A stretch of DNA of 64,000 bases from an uncultured Actinomycetota bacterium. Its GTDB lineage: Bacteria; Actinomycetota; Actinomycetes; Propionibacteriales; Nocardioidaceae. The notes under the pieces were generated by a model. It had not been told where the DNA came from, searched no databases, and worked only from the letters and a program-made list of their open reading frames with translations. Each line of letters opens with the position of its first letter. Position 1 is the first letter of the stretch. The translations under genes were made by a program, and so were the position numbers. Of this stretch, positions 44,931 to 52,338 are shown piece after piece. Where the stretch lies: the NCBI GenBank assembly GCA_963723875.1, contig CAVRSN010000012.1, positions 24,673 to 88,672 of the forward strand, in the 5' to 3' direction.

Positions 44931-46010
44931 GGTGCCCTCTGCTGGGGCCTCATCGCGGCCAGCACCTCGCGGGTCTGCCGGATGGTCCGCTCCCAGGTGA
45001 ACGTCGCGGCCCAGGCACGCGCCGCGTCGAGCTCGGCGTGGGTCATGGATCGCGCCCGGCGTACGGCGTCCGCCAGCGCGGCCGGAGTCCAGTCGGCCGC
45101 CACGGCGGCATGGCCGCCCGCGACCTCGTTGGTGGCCGGCTCGGGACCGAGCACCACCGGCTTGCCGAGCAGCATCCCCTCGACCACCGGCAGCCCGAAC
45201 CCCTCGAAGTCGGACGGGAACACCACCAGGTCGGAGTCGGCCAGGACCTTCTGGAACTCCTCGTCCGGGAGGAACGGCGCCAGCTCGACCCGGTCACCGA
45301 GCCCGAGCGAGGCGACCCGCGCGGCGATGGCCTCGCGCCGGGCGGAGCCGACGCCGAGCAGCTTGAGCGGCGGGGCGCCGCCCGGGTCGGCCGCCAGCAG
45401 GGCCCAGGCATCGAAGAGCAGGTCAGGGTTCTTGTTGGAGTGGTGCGCGAAGCCGACCGAGGGTCCCGAGCGGCGTGGGGTGGGCCAGGCCAGCACGTGG
45501 TCGCCGCCGAGGTGCACCACCTGCCCGGGCACCGAGGTCGTCGACGGGTGCAGCCGGTGCAGGTCGTCGAGGCTGCGCTGCGAGATCGCGATGAACGCGT
45601 CGGCCATGCGCGTACGAGCGGCCGTACGACGCGTCGCGCAGCAGGCGCCGGCCACGGCTGAACTGCTCGGGCCGCAGCTCGTGGCGCAGGTCGAGGATCA
45701 CCACGCAGAGCGGCGCGCCCACCCGGCGGACGGTCGTGGTGGGCGCGGTCGCGAGCACGGCGTCCACACCGAGGGAGCGGGCCAGCCGGGGGAGCGCGAG
45801 CGTCTGGGCCAGCGGCCGGCCGAGCACGTCGGGCCCGCGCACCGGCAGCTCGTGCCGCACCCCGTTGCCCGTGGTCAACGTCGAGCCCACGCGGAGCGCC
45901 ACGTGCACCTCGTCGTCGGGGAAGACGTCGCCCCACTGGCCGAGCAGGTGGTCGACGTAGGTGCGGATCCCGCCGTACTCCGCGCACATGGCATCGACCA
46001 GGAGTTTCAC
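44927..46010 (-). pseudogene. GT4-family glycosyltransferase, apparently frameshifted near 45608
   Basis: The N-terminal Rossmann half (VKLLVDAMCAEYGGIRTYVDHLL...RLLRDASYGRSYA) is in the frame of ORF 45423..46628. The C-terminal half (ADAFIAISQRSLDDL...FPSDFEGFGLPVVEGM) is in the frame of ORF 44927..45655. One extra nucleotide in ...TACGCGCATGGCCGAC... separates them. Confidence 0.65.
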
Positions 46011-46792
46011 CTGCTGCCCTCGACCGGACCCTGCGACCTGGCCTTCTGCACGAAGACCATGAGCGTGGGTCGCAGCCGCGCGGGCGTCAGCCGGTCGACC
46101 CCGGCCGCCACCCGCCACATCGCGGTCGAGCGGCCGAAGTACGTCGGCTCGCTGGCGTGCCCGTAGACGTGCACCGTGTGCGGGGCGAACAGCCGTGCGA
46201 GGTCCTTGCGGGTGTTCATCTCGTAGCGGACCGGGAAGACGTCCTCGGCCTTGCGGCCGGGCTGGAGCCGGTCGAGCACCCGCGCGTGCAGCTTGTTGGG
46301 TACGGCGCGCGCGCCGACGCCGATCATCCCCCACTTGTTGGGGGTGCGGGCGGCCAGCCAGCCGCCGGGCTTGAGCAGCCGCATCATCTCCGCGGCGACC
46401 TCGGGTGCGTGTTCGGCGTCGACGTGTTCGAGCACGTGGTCGGCGATCACGAGGTCGAAGGTGCCGTCGGCGTACGGCAGCGGCTCGCCCGGCGCCACCA
46501 CCTTCGCCTCGTCCAGCGACGGGTTGGTCAGCACGGCCTCGTCGACGTCGGTCCCGACCACCCTGGCCACCCGGCCGCGCAGCATCCGCAGCCGGCGCGA
46601 GATCGCCGGCATCGGGTCCACCGCCCACTGCCCTCGCCCGGCGCCGAAGTCCAGCACGTGGCTGTCCTGGTCGACGAGCGCGTTGACCCGCGTGTAGAAC
46701 TCGACCTGCCCGTCGAGCTGGGTGTAGCCGCCGACCGCGGCCTCCGGGTAGAGCCGAGCCAGGGTCGGGTTGGGCTCGAACTCGTCAGTCAT
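46007..46792 (-). CDS. Class I SAM-dependent methyltransferase
   Basis: Motif I VLDFGAGRGQW, then DLVIADHVLEHV and LKPGGWL. Confidence 0.8.
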   Translation of the reverse strand: MTDEFEPNPTLARLYPEAAVGGYTQLDGQVEFYTRVNALVDQDSHVLDFGAGRGQWAVDPMPAISRRLRMLRGRVARVVGTDVDEAVLTNPSLDEAKVVAPGEPLPYADGTFDLVIADHVLEHVDAEHAPEVAAEMMRLLKPGGWLAARTPNKWGMIGVGARAVPNKLHARVLDRLQPGRKAEDVFPVRYEMNTRKDLARLFAPHTVHVYGHASEPTYFGRSTAMWRVAAGVDRLTPARLRPTLMVFVQKARSQGPVEGSR

Positions 46793-46794
46793 TT

Positions 46795-46956
46795 AGGGCG
46801 CGTCTCCCAATCCATGGCGGCGCCAGCGCCGCCCAGCACGCACGCTGGCGGTGGCGCCAGCGCTTGAAAGACGTCCAGTCTGCCAGCGCACTGGCGCCGT
46901 GCCATCGCACGCCCTGGACGACGCTGGCATCCGCCAGCGATTGGGAGGCACGCCCT
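46795..46956. repeat. 162-bp highly structured element bounded by 18-bp inverted repeats (MITE-like or intercistronic RNA structure)
   Basis: The ends are AGGGCGCGTCTCCCAATC (46795..46812) and GATTGGGAGGCACGCCCT (46939..46956). There are three internal hairpins on GCCAGCG/CGCTGGC: 46821-28/46843-50, 46853-60/46891-98 and 46922-28/46933-39. The element fills the whole gap between gmd and the methyltransferase gene. Confidence 0.85.
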
Positions 46957-46958
46957 GT

Positions 46959-47933
46959 TCACGCGCCCAGCAGGCGGGTCATCTGCTCGATGTCCGCGTC
47001 CACCATGAGCTTGGCGAGCCGGTCGGCGTTCGTCTCCGCCTTCCAGCCGAGCACCTCGCGGGCCTTCGACGCGTCGCCGATCAGGGCGTCGACCTCGGTG
47101 GGTCGCTCGTACTGCTCGTCGTAGGTGACGTACTGCTCCCAGTCCAGCCCGGCGTGCCCGAACGCCGCCTGCACGAACTGCTTGACCGTGCGGCCCTCGC
47201 CGGTCGCGAGCACGTAGTCGCCCGGCTCGTCGTGCTGGAGCATCCGCCACATGCCCTCGACGTACTCCGGCGCGTAGCCCCAGTCGCGGACCGCGTCGAG
47301 GTTGCCGAGGTGCAGCGAGTCGCGGGCCCCGAGCACGATCGCGGCGACGCCGAGGGTGATCTTGCGGGTCACGAAGCTCTCGCCGCGGCGTGGGGACTCG
47401 TGGTTGAAGAGGATCCCCGAGACCGCGAACAGGTCGTAGGCCTCGCGGTAGTTGACCGTCACCCAGTGCGCGTAGAGCTTCGCGGCGCCGTACGGCGAGC
47501 GCGGGTAGAACGCCGTGCCCTCGTCCTGCGGGGGCGGCGTCGCGCCGAACATCTCCGAGGTCGATGCCTGGTAGTAGCGGCAGTCGATCTCGGCCGCGCG
47601 GATCGCCTCGAGCAGCCGCAGCGCGCCGGTGCCGTCGGTCGAGGCGGTGTACTCCGGCATCTCGAAGGACACCTTGACGTGGCTCTGCGCACCGAGGTTG
47701 TAGACCTCGTGCGGCTCGATCTGGTGGATCAGGTTGACCAGGCTGACCCCGTCGGTGAGGTCGCCGTAGTGCAGGTGCAGGTCCGGGCTGTCGATGTGGT
47801 CGATCCGGCCCCGGTTGATCGTCGAGGCGCGGCGGACCAGGCCGTGGACCTCGTAGCCCTTCGCGAGCAGCAGCTCGGTGAGGTACGACCCGTCCTGGCC
47901 GGTGATGCCTGTGATGAATGCGCGTTTGGTCAC
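46959..47933 (-). CDS. gmd: GDP-mannose 4,6-dehydratase
   Basis: [37 protein letters not shown]... is the classic Gmd sequence. Confidence 0.95.
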   Translation of the reverse strand: MTKRAFITGITGQDGSYLTELLLAKGYEVHGLVRRASTINRGRIDHIDSPDLHLHYGDLTDGVSLVNLIHQIEPHEVYNLGAQSHVKVSFEMPEYTASTDGTGALRLLEAIRAAEIDCRYYQASTSEMFGATPPPQDEGTAFYPRSPYGAAKLYAHWVTVNYREAYDLFAVSGILFNHESPRRGESFVTRKITLGVAAIVLGARDSLHLGNLDAVRDWGYAPEYVEGMWRMLQHDEPGDYVLATGEGRTVKQFVQAAFGHAGLDWEQYVTYDEQYERPTEVDALIGDASKAREVLGWKAETNADRLAKLMVDADIEQMTRLLGA

Positions 47934-48058
47934 TCTCGACGTTCCTCCTCTTTCCGCGGACGCAGGTTAGTGCCTCCCCGGGCATAACCGCTGCGGGTGG
48001 AACTCGTTGCAGTTTCCAACCAAGTCCCCAGACCCCGGACGGCAGCAGGCCAGGCCCG

Positions 48059-48086
48059 CCTTGCTTCGGGCAGTCCGGAAGCAAGG
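48059..48086 (+). promoter_or_regulatory. Hairpin overlapping the Shine-Dalgarno of the epimerase gene
   Basis: CCTTGCTTC-N10-GAAGCAAGG. The 3' arm includes AAGG of the AAGGAG RBS (48083..48088), which is 7 nt before ATG 48096. Confidence 0.35.
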
Positions 48087-48095
48087 AGCGCAAGG

Positions 48096-49076
48096 ATGAG
48101 CAAGGCCGTGGACGTCCTTGTCGCCGGAGGCGGCGGCTTCATCGGGGGCCACCTGGTCGGCGACCTGCTGCGCCAGGGGCGCAGCGTCCGCGTGGTCGAC
48201 GTGAAGCCGCAGTCGGAGTGGTACCAAGTGCACCCGCAGGCCCAGAACGTCGTTGCCGACCTCTCCCAGCTCGAGCACGCCATGGCGCAGACCGGTGGCG
48301 CGCGCGAGGTCTACATGCTCGCCGCCGACATGGGCGGGATGGGGTTCATCGAGAACAACAAGGCCCTGTGCATGCTCACTGTGCTCACCAGCACCCACAT
48401 GCTGGAGGCCGCCAGGCACCATGAGGTGGAGCGCTACTTCTACTCCTCGTCCGCGTGCGTCTACGCCGCCGACAAGCAGACCGACACCGACATCACCGCC
48501 CTCAAGGAGTCCGACGCCTATCCGGCCATGCCCGAGGACGGCTACGGCTGGGAGAAGCTGTTCACCGAGCGGATGTGCCGGCACTTCCTCGAGGACTTCG
48601 GCCTCACCACGCGGGTCGCGCGCTACCACAACGTCTACGGCCCCCACGGCACCTGGACCGGCGGCCGCGAGAAGGCCCCGGCGGCGATCTGCCGCAAGGT
48701 CGCGGCCGCGGCGATCACGGGCGAGCACACCATCCCGATCTGGGGCGACGGCGAGCAGACCCGCAGCTTCATGTACGTCGACGACTGCGTCCGCGGCTCC
48801 CAGATGATCCTCGCGGGCCGCAGCCCGGAGCCGGTCAACCTGGGGAGCTCGGAGCTGGTCTCGATCAACGGCCTGGTCGACATCGTCGAGGGCATCGCCG
48901 GCATCCGGTGCGAGCGCGAATACCAGCTCGACGCGCCGCAGGGCGTCCGCGGCCGCAACAGCGACAACACCCAGATCCTCGAGACCTACGGCTGGGAGCC
49001 GTCGATCACGCTGGTCGACGGTCTCGAGCAGACCTACCGCTGGGTCTTCGACCGGGTGAAGCGCTCGCTCGGCTGA
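48096..49076 (+). CDS. GDP-mannose 3,5-epimerase (GME) homologue, NAD-dependent epimerase
   Basis: LAADMGGMGFIENNKA, FYSSSACVY, YGWEKL, NVYGPHGTWTGGREKAPAAICRKV and GVRGRNSDN closely follow my recollection of plant GME. It does not resemble Fcl/WcaG. Confidence 0.8.
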   Translation: MSKAVDVLVAGGGGFIGGHLVGDLLRQGRSVRVVDVKPQSEWYQVHPQAQNVVADLSQLEHAMAQTGGAREVYMLAADMGGMGFIENNKALCMLTVLTSTHMLEAARHHEVERYFYSSSACVYAADKQTDTDITALKESDAYPAMPEDGYGWEKLFTERMCRHFLEDFGLTTRVARYHNVYGPHGTWTGGREKAPAAICRKVAAAAITGEHTIPIWGDGEQTRSFMYVDDCVRGSQMILAGRSPEPVNLGSSELVSINGLVDIVEGIAGIRCEREYQLDAPQGVRGRNSDNTQILETYGWEPSITLVDGLEQTYRWVFDRVKRSLG

Positions 49077-49106
49077 GCGGCGCCGACGGAAGCGACCACA
49101 TCCCCC

Positions 49107-50357
49107 ATGCGCATCCTCGTCCACGACTACAGCGGCCACCCGTTCCAGGTCGAGCTCAGCTCGGAGCTCGCCCGGCGCGGCCACGACGTCACGCACTCCT
49201 ACTGCGCGGCGTACGTCTCGGGCAAGGGCAAGCTCGACGACCCGGCGTCGCCGGTCGAGTTCGAGGCGATCGGGCGCGGTGAGGTCGTCGACAAGCTCGC
49301 GTTCAGGAAGCGGCTGGCCCAGGAGCTGCGGTTCGGCGTACAGCTGGCCAGGCAGGTACGCCGGCGCCGCCCCGAGGTCGTGATGGTCGCCAACACCCCG
49401 GTCCCGTCGATGGTGCTGTTCGCTGCCTATCTGCGGCTCCGGAGGATCCCGCTCGTGCTGTGGCACCAGGACGTGCAGGGGATCGCGATCCAGTCGTTCG
49501 CCGGCAGCAAGCTCGGCAAGGCGTTCCGGCTCGTGGCCGGGGCGATCGGCCGCGGCGAGCGCTGGGTGGCCCGCCGGTCGGCGGCCGTGGTCGTGATCGC
49601 TGACTCGTTCGTGGACGTCCACCGGGAGTGGGGGACCGCGGAGAAGACCACGGTGATCCCCAACTGGGCGCCGCTCACCGAGATCGTCCCCACGCCCCGT
49701 GACAATGCGTGGGCGCGCGAGCAGGGCATCGCCTGGCAGCCGAGTCTCGTCTACTCCGGCACCCTCGGGCTCAAGCACAACCCCGCCCTGCTGGTCGGGC
49801 TGGCGCGCCGGGTGCGCGACGCCGGCGTCCCGGTCCACCTCACGGTCGTGAGCGAAGGGCCGGCGGTTGACGTGCTTCGCACGGAGGCCGAGCGGCTCGA
49901 CGTACCGATCACGCTGCTGCCGTTCCAGCCCTACGAGCGGCTGCCCGAGGTGCTCGGCAGCGGCGACGTGCTGGTCGTCCTGCTCGACGCGTCGGCCGGC
50001 GCCTTCTCGGTGCCGTCGAAGACCCTGTCCTACCTGTGCGCGGGTCGCCCGGTGCTCGGGCTGATGCCGCCCGAGAACCTCGCCGCGACCCGGGTCGCGG
50101 AGGTGGACGGATGCGTGCTGCCCCCGGTCGAGGCCGCGCTCCCCGAAGCCGGCCAGTGGGTCGCCTCGGTGCTCCAGGACGCCGGGCGTCGAGACGAGAT
50201 GGGCCGCAAGGCGCGGGCGCTGGCCGAGCGCGAGTTCGCGCTCGACGGCTGCGCGACCCGGTTCGAGGAGATCCTCGGCCGGGCGGCAGGCGTGGCCACT
50301 GTGAACCGTCTCGATATTCGGGACGATCGTCCACTGGTTGAGATGCGGGCTGGGTAG
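49107..50357 (+). CDS. GT4 glycosyltransferase (WcaI-like)
   Basis: MRILVHDYSGHPFQVELSSELARRGHDVTH is a WcaI-type N-terminus. Confidence 0.8.
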   Translation: MRILVHDYSGHPFQVELSSELARRGHDVTHSYCAAYVSGKGKLDDPASPVEFEAIGRGEVVDKLAFRKRLAQELRFGVQLARQVRRRRPEVVMVANTPVPSMVLFAAYLRLRRIPLVLWHQDVQGIAIQSFAGSKLGKAFRLVAGAIGRGERWVARRSAAVVVIADSFVDVHREWGTAEKTTVIPNWAPLTEIVPTPRDNAWAREQGIAWQPSLVYSGTLGLKHNPALLVGLARRVRDAGVPVHLTVVSEGPAVDVLRTEAERLDVPITLLPFQPYERLPEVLGSGDVLVVLLDASAGAFSVPSKTLSYLCAGRPVLGLMPPENLAATRVAEVDGCVLPPVEAALPEAGQWVASVLQDAGRRDEMGRKARALAEREFALDGCATRFEEILGRAAGVATVNRLDIRDDRPLVEMRAG

Positions 50358-50558
50358 CCCGCGCGGAGCACCCCTACTCTCGAAGAGTGTTCACGACCTG
50401 GCTGACGAAGCGACGCGCGGTTGACCACTGCCGCGTCCGCTCGTCCCTGTGTCGGCTCTCCTGACGACGCCGCCCTTCTGGTCCTCCCGGACCGAACCCC
50501 AGCGGTGTCGTCGTGCGCCGGGCCCTGCCGCCCGCCTGCCCCACGACCGAGGAGAGCC

Positions 50559-51023
50559 ATGACCACCACCGCCCCCGCATCGACACCCACCACCACTCGG
50601 GCCGACGTCGGCATCGATCCCCGCGGCCCCCAGCTCACCGCTGGCCTCACCACCGTGGTGCTGGTCGCGATCCTGCTGCTGCCCAGCCCCTGGGCAGCGG
50701 TGCTGACCGGTGTCCAGGCCGTGCTGTTCGCCATCGGCACTACCCGGGGCGTGCAGCACACGCCGCACGCGTGGCTGTTCCGGACCGTCGTGCGGCCACG
50801 GCTCGCGCCGCCGGAGGAGCTCGAGGACCCGGCCCCGCCGCGGTTCGCGCAGGGTGTCGGACTCGCGTTCACGCTGGTCGCGCTCGTCGCCTTCACGACG
50901 GGCGTGACGGTTCTCGGACAGGTCGCGATCGGGCTGGCCCTGGTCGCCGCGCTGCTCAACGCGGTCTTCCGGTTCTGCCTCGGCTGCGAGCTGTACCTCC
51001 TGATCAAGAGAGTCGCCAATTGA
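50559..51023 (+). CDS. DUF4395 membrane protein
   Basis: IDPRGPQLTAGLTTVVL...RFAQGVGLAFTLVA...FCLGCELY. It is commonly found upstream of rhodanese/DUF1416 in actinobacteria. The ATG follows GAGGAG. Confidence 0.75.
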   Translation: MTTTAPASTPTTTRADVGIDPRGPQLTAGLTTVVLVAILLLPSPWAAVLTGVQAVLFAIGTTRGVQHTPHAWLFRTVVRPRLAPPEELEDPAPPRFAQGVGLAFTLVALVAFTTGVTVLGQVAIGLALVAALLNAVFRFCLGCELYLLIKRVAN

Positions 51024-51120
51024 CCGCCCGGTTGAGGAAGTCGCGCAGCGACTCTCCCGAAACCACCCGCACAGACATCGAAACGCAACCAAACGCAACC
51101 AACAGAGAAGGAACCACGAC

Positions 51121-51969
51121 ATGACCCGCGAGAGCTCGCTCGTCTCCGCCCAATGGGTGGAGGAGAACCTCGACAACCCAGACATCGTCCTCGTCGAGGT
51201 CGACGAGGACACGACGGCCTACGACAAGGGCCACATCAAGGGCGCCATCAAGCTCGACTGGACGACCGACCTGCAGGACCAGGTGCGTCGCGACTTCGTC
51301 AACAAGGAGCAGTTCGAGGCCCTGCTGTCCTCGCGCGGCGTGGGCAACGACCACACGGTCGTGCTCTACGGCGGCAACAACAACTGGTTCGCGGCCTATG
51401 CCTACTGGTACTTCAAGCTGTACGGCCACCAGGACGTCAAGCTCCTCGACGGCGGCCGCAAGAAGTGGGAGCTCGACTCGCGCGAGCTCACCGACGAGCT
51501 GCCGACCCGCGAGCAGACGTCGTACACCGCCCAGGACCAGGACTCCTCGATCCGCGCGTTCCGCGACGAGACCGTGGCCGCGATCGGCGCCCAGAACCTC
51601 GTCGACGTGCGCAGCCCCGACGAGTACGCCGGCCGGCTGCTCGCTCCTGCCCACCTCCCACAGGAGCAGGCGCAGCGCGCGGGCCACATCCCGACCGCCG
51701 CGAACGTCCCGTGGAGCAAGGCCGCGAACGACGACGGCACGTTCCGTTCCGACGACGAGCTGAAGGAGATCTACACCGAGGCCGGGGTCGACTGGAGCAA
51801 GGACACCATCGCGTACTGCCGGATCGGCGAGCGCTCCTCGCACACGTGGTTCGTGCTCAAGGAGCTGCTGGGCCAGGACAACGTCAAGAACTACGACGGC
51901 TCCTGGACCGAGTACGGCTCGCTGGTCGGCGTCCCCGTGGCCCTCGGTGACGAGCGAGGCGAGGCCTGA
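51121..51969 (+). CDS. Thiosulfate sulfurtransferase (tandem rhodanese; CysA2/SseA-like)
   Basis: VEVDEDTTAYDKGHIKGAIKLDWTTDLQD...LYGGNNNWFAAYAYWYFKLYGHQDVKLLDGGRKKWE...YCRIGERSSH. Confidence 0.9.
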   Translation: MTRESSLVSAQWVEENLDNPDIVLVEVDEDTTAYDKGHIKGAIKLDWTTDLQDQVRRDFVNKEQFEALLSSRGVGNDHTVVLYGGNNNWFAAYAYWYFKLYGHQDVKLLDGGRKKWELDSRELTDELPTREQTSYTAQDQDSSIRAFRDETVAAIGAQNLVDVRSPDEYAGRLLAPAHLPQEQAQRAGHIPTAANVPWSKAANDDGTFRSDDELKEIYTEAGVDWSKDTIAYCRIGERSSHTWFVLKELLGQDNVKNYDGSWTEYGSLVGVPVALGDERGEA

Positions 51970-52265
51970 TGTGCGGCGCAACTGAGGGCGGCCTGTCCCT
52001 CGACGGCGTGAACGTCGCCAAGGAGGCCGTGATCCAGGGTCAGGTGCTGCGGGGTGACGAACCCGTCGGCAACGCCTACGTGAGGCTGCTCGACCGCACC
52101 GGCGAGTTCACCGCCGAGGTCCCGACCTCGGCGACGGGTCACTTCCGGTTCTTCGCCGGCGAGGGTGACTGGACGTTGCGGACCCTGGCGCCACAGTCAG
52201 AGCCCGTTGACCACGCGGTGCACGCCGAGATCGGCTCGGTCGCCGAGGTGACTGTCGCCATCTGA
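51969..52265 (+). CDS. DUF1416 protein (SseC-like)
   Basis: 98 aa. The ATG overlaps the rhodanese stop. The sequence includes VIQGQVLRGDEPVGNAYVRLLD. Confidence 0.8.
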   Translation: MCGATEGGLSLDGVNVAKEAVIQGQVLRGDEPVGNAYVRLLDRTGEFTAEVPTSATGHFRFFAGEGDWTLRTLAPQSEPVDHAVHAEIGSVAEVTVAI

Positions 52266-52338
52266 GCCCTTCTGTGGTTCGCTCCCTCCATGGGGGTGAG
52301 CCCGGGAGCGGCGATGCGTCGTTACCCTCCCCCGCACT

